Below, one piece after another: positions 34,358-42,668 of a stretch of 54,769 nt of DNA. Numbering within the stretch: the stretch's first letter is position 1; every line of letters starts with the position of its first letter. The notes under the pieces are model-generated. The model was not told the origin of the DNA and searched no databases. It saw only the letters and a program-made list of their open reading frames with translations. Origin of the DNA: a virus (Duplodnaviria; Caudoviricetes); the IMG/VR virus record IMGVR_UViG_3300048672_000251, positions 1 to 54,769 of that record, one strand, 5' to 3'. The translations under genes were made by a program, and so were the position numbers.

Positions 34358-34563
34358 TTGCAGAATTGCAGATAATTATACATTTTCCTTATATCTTTTC
34401 CTATCTTCTTATTTCTTCTTATTTTTATATCTATTTAATTTATTTTAAAAAGTATAAGGAAGTATAATATTAATAGGAATCAAGGGCTTACGGTGGTTCT
34501 GTAGTGCAATAGACTGCAAGAATGTGCAATGTGGCTGTACCGATTAATAGAACTGAAGTGCAA
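34358..34563. other. AT-rich, strand-asymmetric element flanked by TTGCA/TGCAA repeats (copy 1; ori-like)
   Basis: Shares the 20-mer ACATTTTCCTTATATCTTTT and other blocks with 46449-46683. Confidence 0.6.
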
Positions 34564-34573
34564 TAAATAACAG

Positions 34574-34601
34574 TTGACAGTGGTGTTAGGTGCGTTATAA
34601 T
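34574..34601 (+). promoter_or_regulatory. Consensus sigma70 promoter
   Basis: TTGACA-16-TATAAT. Confidence 0.8.
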
Positions 34602-34647
34602 CAACCACACGAACAGCGGCATGGTGCCGGTGAGTGAGGGAAGCAAA

Positions 34648-34836
34648 ATGAAAACATTTAAAAACACGGCGGCAGATTTAGATTCAGAAGCAACAGTTAT
34701 TTTATTTGCTGAATCCGAAACCGTACCATCCATTCGCGGAACATGGGTTGAGTGCACTCGTGAAGAATTAGAAACAACTGCTTGCGTTAGCTCGCTGTTT
34801 GTTCAGGCTGGCGTGCGCTACTACGGATTTTTATAA
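34648..34836 (+). CDS. Hypothetical protein
   Basis: GAGGG RBS; first gene after the promoter. Confidence 0.7.
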   Translation: MKTFKNTAADLDSEATVILFAESETVPSIRGTWVECTREELETTACVSSLFVQAGVRYYGFL

Positions 34837-34872
34837 AACCGCCGCCGGACGGTTTCCGGCTAAGGAGTTACA

Positions 34873-35163
34873 GTGACAGTTTTAGTTCAAGACAAGAGAC
34901 GCAAAAGCCAGTCAGTTGGCGCTCTGCACCTACCAAACGGCGCTTGGTTTACTCTTCTCGATATTCCGGGTATGGGTGAGCTGATAAACACACAGCACAC
35001 TAATGACGAGCTCAGTGTGAGCCCTGCAGTAGCAAAGAAGATGGCCGTACTCGTTGCCGGATGGTGCCCACCAGACTATTGGGCACAAGGCGTCGGATCA
35101 CAAACAATGAAGCTTTTTGTTCTTGAGTTTTTGCTGACATGCAACGGATTCAGGGCGTCATAA
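34873..35163 (+). CDS. Hypothetical protein
   Basis: TAAGGAG RBS before GTG. Confidence 0.75.
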   Translation: MTVLVQDKRRKSQSVGALHLPNGAWFTLLDIPGMGELINTQHTNDELSVSPAVAKKMAVLVAGWCPPDYWAQGVGSQTMKLFVLEFLLTCNGFRAS

Positions 35164-35288
35164 CAACTAACCCGGCGCCAGTCGGTTACTGGCTAAGGAA
35201 ATTAAATGTACCACTACCGACTGATTGCTTGGCGCTGGCGGATGCTGCCAGCTGAGTTACGCCACTCTACGATGCTGGAGTTCTGACC

Positions 35289-35489
35289 ATGCCGGACGCC
35301 ATCGAGGAAATGATTAAAGTCAGCGCGATGTACGGACTGTGCGCTATTGGCGCAGTCGCAAAGTTCACCGGCGCTGTGTTACGTGGCGATAAGCCGGCTG
35401 CCACACTGCTCTGGCGTAACGAGCTGGGCGCTGTGGCTAACCATATGGACGACATTTACAATGCGGAGATTAACGAATGGCTACGATAA
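35289..35489 (+). CDS. Hypothetical protein
   Basis: GGAG RBS; preceded by a 26-codon ORF at 35206. Confidence 0.55.
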   Translation: MPDAIEEMIKVSAMYGLCAIGAVAKFTGAVLRGDKPAATLLWRNELGAVANHMDDIYNAEINEWLR

Positions 35490-35884
35490 ACGTGAGCGAT
35501 CTGACTGGCGCGGCATTGGATTGGGCGGTGGCTAATGCTCTTGGTTTAACAATACGCAGTAAGGACAGTGTTGCTGGCGACAGGACCGGATTCTATGCGG
35601 TTGGGGCCTCTTACAATTATTTTTGGAAAGACTCACAGCCGGAACGCCCCGTAGAAAGTTATTACTGGTGGTCTCCCTCAGAATCGTGGAAAGACTGCGG
35701 ACCATTAATTGATCAACACTCTGCGATATTTTTATCTTGTATGGGTCAGATCCGCGCAGAAATTTTAGGCGGTGTTGGTATGGGCGAAAATCATAAAGTT
35801 GCAATCTGCCGCGCTATAGTCGCCGCTAAATTTGGTAAAACGATTGATATCCCACTGGAGCTGTTACATGGCTACAATAACTGA
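35477..35884 (+). CDS. NinX / DUF2591-family protein
   Basis: VSDLTGAALDWAVA, SPSESW.DCGPLI, AICRAIVAAKFG. Confidence 0.8.
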   Translation: MATINVSDLTGAALDWAVANALGLTIRSKDSVAGDRTGFYAVGASYNYFWKDSQPERPVESYYWWSPSESWKDCGPLIDQHSAIFLSCMGQIRAEILGGVGMGENHKVAICRAIVAAKFGKTIDIPLELLHGYNN

Positions 35885-36275
35885 CATCCTCGCGGAAGCG
35901 TTCAACCGCGTTAAAACTGAACACGGCGTTACACTGTCTCGGGTGGAGTTTGAGCATTACTCAGACAACTTGGCGGGCGTTGAGTTTACATCGACTGGTA
36001 GCGTACGTGTGGTAGTAGCGCCAATGCCGCCACAATTACAGACCGTTGCTGCGCCGCCACCAGCGCTTGACACCATATCTGGACCACCTAAAAATGCAAC
36101 GCACGTTGGGGGTGTTCAAGGTGGAAAGATTGCGTTTTGGCGTTATGAAGATGAGACTCTGTATTTTTATAGCTTGGGTAGCTGGATAAAATTGGAGGCG
36201 CTGACTGATGCCCCACATAACCACTTAGTTGATGAGTTAACCCCACTTGAAGGCTCACCACCGTACCAGCCCTAA
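35868..36275 (+). CDS. Hypothetical protein
   Basis: GGAG RBS before ATG 35868. Confidence 0.65.
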   Translation: MATITDILAEAFNRVKTEHGVTLSRVEFEHYSDNLAGVEFTSTGSVRVVVAPMPPQLQTVAAPPPALDTISGPPKNATHVGGVQGGKIAFWRYEDETLYFYSLGSWIKLEALTDAPHNHLVDELTPLEGSPPYQP

Positions 36276-37213
36276 TCGTCCAACATCACAATCTTCATCC
36301 GGCAGCGGCAGTTAATGACATTCGCCGCTGTGCCGTTTGGGTCACGTGGAAAAGCCATCGGCCCCAAAGGTGTTTGGAAATCCTGCGCATAAGGTATCAC
36401 CCCGTTAAGCCCCGGAGTCGCTAAATGCGGCTCGCGGGTGCGTCCATCACCGCGACGCGCTACCCACTGCTTGCCGAGTCTATCACTCATAACGCCCAAT
36501 AACTGCCCTTGGCGGATCGCTTGGTCCTGACCGATGCTGAGCGCCCGTAACGATTCTGTACGCGCTATAGTCTCGCTACGCTGCGTCACGTATCTTGCCC
36601 GCATCTGTTCAGTCATGCGGTCAATTTGCGCCTGACGGGTAACGCCAACCTCAGCGGCTGATACCATCCGTTGGTCAGCTGTGGACAAGCCCGCGATATA
36701 CGCCGCGTCACCATCAATTAAAGCCTGTCTGAATCGCTGTACGGTTTCTTCACGCGCTCGGGTAAGACCTATCGCTGATTTAAAATCGCGTGCAATGGCG
36801 CGGGGATTGCGTCCAGCCAGCACCGCAGACTGCACAGCAAGTCGCACCGCTTCAACGGTCTCTGCTGATATCTCGCGGATAATGTCAAGCGTATACGTGC
36901 GGATGTATGACGCCGCTTGTGGGTTAACCAGGCTGAACGTAAACGGTCCGAGCTGAGCGCCAGCTGGCAGCACTTCCACAACTGCGCGACCACCAGCCAA
37001 GATCGCATCCTCAAGCACCGGTACGAGCTCAGCGGCTAATATAGGTTCAATGTCGCGCAGGTATTCCAGCACGGCAAATGCGCCGCCGGTTTGGATCACT
37101 TCAGTCAGCGTATCAAGGCTGGCAGTACCGCGCAGCTTCTCCCATGCGCGTAACAGTGCGTCACGGACTAACGGTTCAAATTTAGCGGCAAGCTGTGGGT
37201 AGGGATCTGACAT
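36272..37213 (-). CDS. Head morphogenesis protein (Mu gpF / SPP1 gp7 family)
   Basis: RSETIARTE, KQW...D.RTR..H, NVINCRC. Confidence 0.92.
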   Translation of the reverse strand: MSDPYPQLAAKFEPLVRDALLRAWEKLRGTASLDTLTEVIQTGGAFAVLEYLRDIEPILAAELVPVLEDAILAGGRAVVEVLPAGAQLGPFTFSLVNPQAASYIRTYTLDIIREISAETVEAVRLAVQSAVLAGRNPRAIARDFKSAIGLTRAREETVQRFRQALIDGDAAYIAGLSTADQRMVSAAEVGVTRQAQIDRMTEQMRARYVTQRSETIARTESLRALSIGQDQAIRQGQLLGVMSDRLGKQWVARRGDGRTREPHLATPGLNGVIPYAQDFQTPLGPMAFPRDPNGTAANVINCRCRMKIVMLDD

Positions 37214-37240
37214 GGTACGCGGCTCCGTGTGGTGTGCCGG

Positions 37241-37250
37241 TAGTATACCA
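37241..37250 (-). promoter_or_regulatory. Late-type extended -10 element TGGTATACTA
   Basis: Directly after the terminator and upstream of gpF. Confidence 0.6.
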
Positions 37251-37255
37251 CAAGT

Positions 37256-37280
37256 AATAAAAAGCCCGCACGAGGCGGGC
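37256..37280 (-). terminator. Intrinsic terminator closing an accessory cassette
   Basis: GCCCGC/GCGGGC stem followed by TTTTTATT. Confidence 0.85.
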
Positions 37281-37285
37281 ATCTG

Positions 37286-37507
37286 CTAACAGCTGAGGAA
37301 CATGCCCTCAGATACGTCAAGTATCTTCTGCCGCTCAGCAGGTGTGGCGGTGAGGAAGATACCCAATGATTCGTAAGTGTCTCTGCTGTGCGTTTCGTTG
37401 CGTAAAACGCGTGCAGTGTGGATCATCGCTTGCTGCTGGTTGCGACCATCTGCAATCGCTAAACGCCGGCTCAACACCAGTGTCAGGGCTTCACTATTAA
37501 CGCTCAC
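37286..37507 (-). CDS. Hypothetical protein
   Basis: GTGA overlap; GGAGG RBS. Confidence 0.65.
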   Translation of the reverse strand: MSVNSEALTLVLSRRLAIADGRNQQQAMIHTARVLRNETHSRDTYESLGIFLTATPAERQKILDVSEGMFLSC

Positions 37508-38001
37508 TCGGTCGCCTCCAGATACTGTAACCGCGCTTCGATGCTTTGAATTGCTTCAAGCAGGTCTTGCTTTTCATCCTTAACGCCACGCTGACCAGGG
37601 GCGAGCAGTTTCTTTACGGCGTGGTCAATCTCTGGCGACAGCGGGCCGAATGCGTTCAGCACCCGATACACATCCACAGTGCACTTGCCGGTGCCGTACT
37701 TGCCGTGAATTGTACGGTCATATTTGTTTCGTGGGGCTTCGGTTGGTGCTGCTTCCATAACTTCCTGATGTAACCGTATCGCCTCTTTCTCTACGGCTTT
37801 ACGGACGAAATCAGGAGTTGCTGGGCGAGGTATTAATGATTTTATCCATTGGGCTTTTGTTTCTTCCGAACGTATGAAAGGTGGTAACCATTTTTCTGAA
37901 TCCCAGACCTTTACGTCACCATCAATCAACTTGCAAAATAAATCATCAAACTCAGCATCGCAGTGCGTCGCACCCTCAGGCGCTTTACTCCAATCAACCA
38001 C
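37504..38001 (-). CDS. Hypothetical protein with a C-terminal domain resembling DUF3310-related proteins
   Basis: DVYRVL..F...HAVKKLL..GQRG.KD..QDL.EAI; GGAGG before GTG 38001. Confidence 0.65.
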   Translation of the reverse strand: MVDWSKAPEGATHCDAEFDDLFCKLIDGDVKVWDSEKWLPPFIRSEETKAQWIKSLIPRPATPDFVRKAVEKEAIRLHQEVMEAAPTEAPRNKYDRTIHGKYGTGKCTVDVYRVLNAFGPLSPEIDHAVKKLLAPGQRGVKDEKQDLLEAIQSIEARLQYLEATE

Positions 38002-38344
38002 GATACACCTCCGCAAGTGCTGCCCGTAGATTATCGCCGCGGACGTCACCTGCCAGCGGGCCATGTGCGACCATCTGGGCGGCTTCTGCCACAGCTTCGA
38101 GCCGTACGATGTAATCAGCAACGTTACGCTTGTCACACGTCGTACCGCAGCACATAGACTGTTCAGACGGTGGCAGTGGTGTTGGGTTACACACTGGTTT
38201 GTTATCGACGCAACGCGTCCACTCGCTGCGGAAAACGTTCCAGAATTTCCACACGTGCCCGTCGAAGCGGTAGTAAGCGGACCCGCGCTCGCCAGGGTGG
38301 TGGTGTGTCGCCCCTAACGGAGCTTTAATAGCGTTATCGGCCAT
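37994..38344 (-). CDS. Hypothetical protein
   Basis: AAGGA RBS; APLGATH motif. Confidence 0.6.
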   Translation of the reverse strand: MADNAIKAPLGATHHHPGERGSAYYRFDGHVWKFWNVFRSEWTRCVDNKPVCNPTPLPPSEQSMCCGTTCDKRNVADYIVRLEAVAEAAQMVAHGPLAGDVRGDNLRAALAEVYRG

Positions 38345-38637
38345 ATCAGTTTTCCTTTGTTTAATGCGACCATGTGCCGCAATGGGTTAATTTCAGTTAC
38401 AACGCCGCGGTCAGTCATCTGCCCCAGCTGTACGGGCGTCCCGCAGCGCCAGGCAAACGGATCGGGCGTCAGGGTGTGGGCAGCATACCAGCAGCCCTCA
38501 ACACGTTTAGCCCGGCCAGACGGATACAGCGGCGTCGGGTCACTGACAGCCTCGATATAAAACCGACCGTCAGTTGGGTGGCTTACGAGACTACCGGGAC
38601 AGAGCACGTAACACCCGCTCAGGGTATCCGGTATCAC
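38314..38637 (-). CDS. Hypothetical protein
   Basis: Fills the cassette; GTG start. Confidence 0.45.
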   Translation of the reverse strand: MIPDTLSGCYVLCPGSLVSHPTDGRFYIEAVSDPTPLYPSGRAKRVEGCWYAAHTLTPDPFAWRCGTPVQLGQMTDRGVVTEINPLRHMVALNKGKLIWPITLLKLR

Positions 38638-38737
38638 CGTTCAGCGCGTCAAGCAGCTGTTGGGCAGCGGCTGGGTTTGCAGCTGTGGCAATCAGCTTAA
38701 CGCCTTGGTAGATTTTAAGACCGTTCAGTCGGTACAT
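38591..38737 (-). CDS. Small hypothetical protein
   Basis: GGAG RBS directly after the promoter. Confidence 0.55.
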   Translation of the reverse strand: MYRLNGLKIYQGVKLIATAANPAAAQQLLDALNGDTGYPERVLRALSR

Positions 38738-38768
38738 GTGGCTTGCTCCGTTATGAGTGGTAACGGTA

Positions 38769-38797
38769 AGCGTATACACCATAATACTGACTGTCAA
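38769..38797 (-). promoter_or_regulatory. Sigma70 promoter of an accessory cassette
   Basis: TTGACA-17-TACGCT. Confidence 0.7.
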
Positions 38798-38807
38798 CTG
38801 CTATTTA

Positions 38808-38831
38808 ATAAAAAGCCCCTTAACGGGGGCT
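38808..38831 (-). terminator. Terminator after the portal gene
   Basis: AGCCCC/GGGGCT stem followed by TTTT. Confidence 0.8.
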
Positions 38832-40176
38832 ATTCGAGTGGGTCGAGTGCGGGAGTCGCGGTAGGGTCAATATTGTCGGTAGGCAGCCCCAATTCCTTGT
38901 AGGCGTGTTCCTGCAGCAGTGGATCTGGTGCTACAGGGAAACCAGCCCGGCTTAATACCTCCAGCGACTTCAGCACTTCTGAGATTTTCTCACGCTGAAT
39001 AACACCGGCACGGATTTTCGGCATCGGCCAGCGCTCAAAGCCTGGGTTTAATTTCCACAGCATTGGGATCAGCTGGCGGTTGATGGTCTCGACTTTACGC
39101 TCCAGCAGCCCTGTCAGTGACTGATGGAATAATTCGACACGGACAGTTAACCCGCCGCTGTTACCGCTACCGCCGTCGGTGTTGAAAAACATAAAATCCG
39201 CCAGCACTGCACGACCTAACGATGCGTCTAGCCGGCGTATGGTTTTATCGATGTCTGCAGGGGTGGACTCGGAGGACAGCAGCTGTAATTCCACAGTCTT
39301 GGTATCGGTGTTCGTCACGCCGCCATCAGCCGAGACGTCTTTTACGGTGTCGAAATACACCACAGCGCCAGACTGCTGATTGCGCTTAATGTCGCGTACC
39401 ATATTACCGTAACTGTCCATCGCCGACTGTGCGGCTTTGGCGCGGTCAGTCGACTGACCGGTGCTGGTCTTCTCCATCGCCTGGCGTTTAACATCCGCAT
39501 GGACGTAAAGCACCGGGAAGCCGGCGCCACGGTCATGTAAAATCGCTTCCTGCTCCATTGCACGTGTTTTGTAATACCAGTCGCGGTACGCAGCGCGGAA
39601 TATTGAGCGACCTTCAGGACTTCCCTTATACGGCACGCTGACGAGGTGCAGCGCTCGGGTCGTTGGGATCGGAATGTAGCGGAAAGTGCGCGGCGATTGT
39701 TGAGTTAACCCGTGGACATAGCCACGCTCGTCAATATCCCATTCGTACAGAGATTCAGGCGCGATGGGTATCAGTCGTGCGATGCCTTCAGTCCCGTCCT
39801 CCAGCTGCTTAGTCTGCACGTCATAGTAACCCCAGCCGAAAGCATCGACCTCGTGGAACGACTGTACGAATGCTGACCACGTGTCGTCAGGCTGCTTATA
39901 TTCTGGGTCGCCCATGTGGTCAAACAATGTAGCACGTAACCACTCGGCAGCGTCAACAGCTATGGGGTCGTCCTTATCGGCAGGATCGACAAACCACGGC
40001 AGGCTCGAATAGATAGAGCTAACCCCCAGCATGTAAGCGGCGATGGTACTGTCATTCGTCATTTGCCGGATAGTTTTACGACCCCTTTCGCCGCGTAACT
40101 CCGGCTGGTAGTCGTCGATAACGTCGCCACCTGAGGATTTATAGCCAGCGACGGCGAGTGGTTCGTACTGATCCAT
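38830..40176 (-). CDS. Portal protein (DUF935-like)
   Basis: PELRG.RG..T.RQM, FGW.Y, GSPEGRSIFR.AYR.WYYK, INRQLIP.LW.LN; lies between terL and gpF. Confidence 0.9.
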   Translation of the reverse strand: MDQYEPLAVAGYKSSGGDVIDDYQPELRGERGRKTIRQMTNDSTIAAYMLGVSSIYSSLPWFVDPADKDDPIAVDAAEWLRATLFDHMGDPEYKQPDDTWSAFVQSFHEVDAFGWGYYDVQTKQLEDGTEGIARLIPIAPESLYEWDIDERGYVHGLTQQSPRTFRYIPIPTTRALHLVSVPYKGSPEGRSIFRAAYRDWYYKTRAMEQEAILHDRGAGFPVLYVHADVKRQAMEKTSTGQSTDRAKAAQSAMDSYGNMVRDIKRNQQSGAVVYFDTVKDVSADGGVTNTDTKTVELQLLSSESTPADIDKTIRRLDASLGRAVLADFMFFNTDGGSGNSGGLTVRVELFHQSLTGLLERKVETINRQLIPMLWKLNPGFERWPMPKIRAGVIQREKISEVLKSLEVLSRAGFPVAPDPLLQEHAYKELGLPTDNIDPTATPALDPLE

Positions 40177-40232
40177 TGGGGCACTCCAAACAGTGTAATG
40201 CCCCAATGGTAGCATAAAGCAGCGGGTGGTGG

Positions 40233-40592
40233 CTATACACCAGCGTAACGCCGGCCGGTGCGTATATTACTGATGGTTGATTGACTTGTGTTGTAATCGG
40301 CGGCCAGCTGTACGCCGGTCTTATCGCTGGTGCGGATATTGAACACCGCGTCTGGCGATAAGTGGCCGCGCTTACCGACCTTTCTGTTAAGGCACCCGCA
40401 GCTGCGTGTATTACGTCCAACGAGCGCGTAATTTCCACAACTGCAACGGGCCACCCACTTGATAACATCACCGTGGCGTTCTGTCGTTGGCCACAGGAAT
40501 GTGAGCCTCCCGCGTACAGTGCAGGTATGGTCGTGAGCACCGGGCGGCAGCTTGCAGCGGATCGACGCTGCGTATGACTGTGTTACTCTCAT
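40233..40592 (-). CDS. HNH-endonuclease-derived protein retaining the N-terminal Cys domain and C-terminal HTH but no nuclease core
   Basis: GRLT..W..RCSCGN...TRSCGC joined directly to LS.DAV.NIR...LAADYNTSQSTISNIRTGRRY. Confidence 0.6.
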   Translation of the reverse strand: MRVTQSYAASIRCKLPPGAHDHTCTVRGRLTFLWPTTERHGDVIKWVARCSCGNYALVGRNTRSCGCLNRKVGKRGHLSPDAVFNIRTSDKTGVQLAADYNTSQSTISNIRTGRRYAGV

Positions 40593-40765
40593 TTATTGGC
40601 ATCCGGTGACTTGACGGGTGCTGCATATGACTGTGAGAAAACCTCAAAGCACGCTAAGCATCTTACCCATCTCTGACCCGCAACATTAAACCCGCGACCC
40701 TTTGCGGGGAACTTATAACCGCAGTAAATACACTGGCATTGCTGGGGATTTTTCACAGTTTTCAT
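40589..40765 (-). CDS. Small Zn-finger-like protein (58 aa; not in the ORF track)
   Basis: CIYC...CLAC; ATGA overlaps on both sides. Confidence 0.6.
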   Translation of the reverse strand: MKTVKNPQQCQCIYCGYKFPAKGRGFNVAGQRWVRCLACFEVFSQSYAAPVKSPDANK

Positions 40766-40920
40766 AACTCACCGCCTTGGTGCTTTGGCTCTGGTAAGAT
40801 AGCAAAAACGGCCAACCAAATATTAAGGTTTACGAACATTGCAGCAGTCCAAACGGAGCTGCCAGAAGCGGCAGCCACAATAAGACCGCCAATACTAAAC
40901 CATGTCATAAATACTCTCAT
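40762..40920 (-). CDS. Small 2-TM protein (52 aa; not in the ORF track)
   Basis: MRVFMTWFSIGGLIVAAASGSSVWTAAMFVNLNIWLAVFAIL. Confidence 0.6.
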   Translation of the reverse strand: MRVFMTWFSIGGLIVAAASGSSVWTAAMFVNLNIWLAVFAILPEPKHQGGEL

Positions 40921-40923
40921 AAC

Positions 40924-41133
40924 TCACCGCCCCAAGTTTTCATAAAATTTAGCGCATTCGGTCAGCGCTGTGGCCACGATGAACTTACCCTGACGTCGGG
41001 CAGCCGAGATATTCTTTTGCAGTGACAGTCCGCTGTCGTAACGGAATTGGAAGCGCCAGCACCAGTCAGTAGCGGTGTTATGAAATTCTTCACGACTGCG
41101 GGCAGCAGCGACAAGACCTGATAGTGGTTTCAT
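40924..41133 (-). CDS. Hypothetical protein
   Basis: ATGA overlap at 41130-41133. Confidence 0.55.
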   Translation of the reverse strand: MKPLSGLVAAARSREEFHNTATDWCWRFQFRYDSGLSLQKNISAARRQGKFIVATALTECAKFYENLGR

Positions 41134-41567
41134 TTTGCACCACCTTGCCGAATACTGTCGGCGTAGTCGTTTGCGCAAGTTAAAATTTCGTCTTCCGGTA
41201 TAATTTCGTCAGGGCACCACTCTTTAGCACCCTGCCAATACCCATCCCGACCTTTCTGCGCGTCACGTTCCAGCAGGTGTTGTTGCAGGTCATCACCAGT
41301 TACGTTTTCAAAATTACTTATTGCGTTTTTAAGTGAGTCAATACTTTGTAAAATGCTTTCGGTGTTTCTACTCCCGTACGCGAGGTTGTGGCAAATATTT
41401 GATACTGTCACGCATTCGGATTTAACTTTCTTAAATGCCGCTGACAGTGCGTCGCGCTCTGCTTTCATGGCATCAAATGCCGCGGCTGCCAACGCCCATT
41501 TATCTTCCCGCAGCACCTTCTGTCTGCCTTCTGGTAGTCCGCAAAACCATTCATTAAAATCACTCAT
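41130..41567 (-). CDS. Hypothetical protein
   Basis: GGAG RBS after the promoter. Confidence 0.7.
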   Translation of the reverse strand: MSDFNEWFCGLPEGRQKVLREDKWALAAAAFDAMKAERDALSAAFKKVKSECVTVSNICHNLAYGSRNTESILQSIDSLKNAISNFENVTGDDLQQHLLERDAQKGRDGYWQGAKEWCPDEIIPEDEILTCANDYADSIRQGGAK

Positions 41568-41598
41568 ACTGTAATGCTCCGTTGGTTAATTCGCATAA

Positions 41599-41642
41599 AG
41601 CGTATAACTGTGCTTGCTTTTTGTCAATCACTGTTTTATAGT
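41599..41642. promoter_or_regulatory. Overlapping divergent sigma70 promoters
   Basis: Minus strand TTGACA-17-TACGCT; plus strand TTGCTT-17-TATAGT. Confidence 0.7.
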
Positions 41643-41670
41643 TTTCAGCATTGATTAACCACGGAGCGAA

Positions 41671-41805
41671 ATGATGCACGTAAACATTCCGGTAACACTG
41701 ATCGGTAATCTCGGCTGTAAGAGATTTAGTTTTAAATTCTACCCACTGCGTCGCGGTATGAGTAAACGCCAATACCGCCGCAAACAACTTAAGGAGCCAA
41801 AATGA
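41671..41805 (+). CDS. Small basic protein (44 aa; not in the ORF track)
   Basis: GGAG RBS; ATGA overlap with the next gene. Confidence 0.5.
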   Translation: MMHVNIPVTLIGNLGCKRFSFKFYPLRRGMSKRQYRRKQLKEPK

Positions 41806-41987
41806 ACCAGAATATATTTGAAGCCATCATATTAGAGCGCGAAGCCGCCGCAATTATGCAGGCACCGTTCGAACAGTCGCTGAAGTTAAGCGCTGAGCAA
41901 CTGGCAGTGTTTCGACGCATCGCTGAAAATATGCAGGAACGTGCGGCGGCGTTGCGTCAGAGCGCGATTGACGGGGTCGTATCATGA
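41802..41987 (+). CDS. Small helical hypothetical protein
   Basis: TAAGGAG RBS. Confidence 0.7.
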   Translation: MNQNIFEAIILEREAAAIMQAPFEQSLKLSAEQLAVFRRIAENMQERAAALRQSAIDGVVS

Positions 41988-42115
41988 AAACCCTATCTTT
42001 CGCGCTTCTGGCAGTTTCTGCGGCAGCGTTTTATGTGTCCGGGCATCAAACAACAGCCATGTGGCTTGGTATCGCAGCGGCGGCTGTGTTGATTTTTGGG
42101 GACGATAGAAGATGA
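41984..42115 (+). CDS. Small 2-TM protein (43 aa; not in the ORF track)
   Basis: MKTLSFALLAVSAAAFYV...MWLGIAAAAVLIFG; ATGA overlaps. Confidence 0.65.
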   Translation: MKTLSFALLAVSAAAFYVSGHQTTAMWLGIAAAAVLIFGDDRR

Positions 42116-42270
42116 TCGCACTCATAATTTTTATACTCATAGCGGCTGTGCTGGGTGTGGAGATACTGAACGAGACGTTTACACGATCTCTGTGTATCGT
42201 GCTCTGCTTCGCGGCACTGACCGGGTTGCTGTATCTGTTTTCGTGTGCGGTTGGAGCGCTAATATCGTGA
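42112..42270 (+). CDS. Small 2-TM protein (52 aa; not in the ORF track)
   Basis: MIALIIFILIAAVLGV...LCIVLCFAALTGLLYLF; coupled to both neighbours. Confidence 0.65.
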   Translation: MIALIIFILIAAVLGVEILNETFTRSLCIVLCFAALTGLLYLFSCAVGALIS

Positions 42271-42455
42271 ATACCTCAAAGCACCTGCTCGCCGCTGTCA
42301 GCGAATGGCAGCAGCGTAACGCCACTACAGCACTCCCGACGCGGCTGCTGGCTACTGCTGATGTTGTCCACGACCTGCAGCGGCAAAACGCCGTCCCGCA
42401 GTGGTTGGAAGTGGTTTATATTTCCGGCGACTGCCCGATACTGAAAGTGGAGTGA
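42267..42455 (+). CDS. Hypothetical protein
   Basis: GGAG RBS; GTGA overlap. Confidence 0.55.
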   Translation: MNTSKHLLAAVSEWQQRNATTALPTRLLATADVVHDLQRQNAVPQWLEVVYISGDCPILKVE

Positions 42456-42461
42456 CAACGT

Positions 42462-42668
42462 ATGGCCACATTACTAGCTGTTTTATTCTTAGCGCTGCTG
42501 CCGGCTTTCGTATCGTGGTTTTACGACCAGTCAGGCGCCAAAGGTTTCGCAGGGCACCTGATACTTGGCTGGCAAAGTGTGATGTTTGCCGCAGCGTTTC
42601 TAACTGTGGCGGTAGCGCTAACGGCGCTATTCGTTCTGTCCGTATCTGTACTGGTGGGCAACGTATGA
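42462..42668 (+). CDS. Small 2-TM protein
   Basis: Two hydrophobic segments; GGAG RBS. Confidence 0.7.
   Translation: MATLLAVLFLALLPAFVSWFYDQSGAKGFAGHLILGWQSVMFAAAFLTVAVALTALFVLSVSVLVGNV

Noticed and set aside
41560-41787. 75-aa minus-strand CDS or an inversion breakpoint
   Set aside because: No RBS; the region is explained by divergent promoters and a plus-strand 44-aa ORF.
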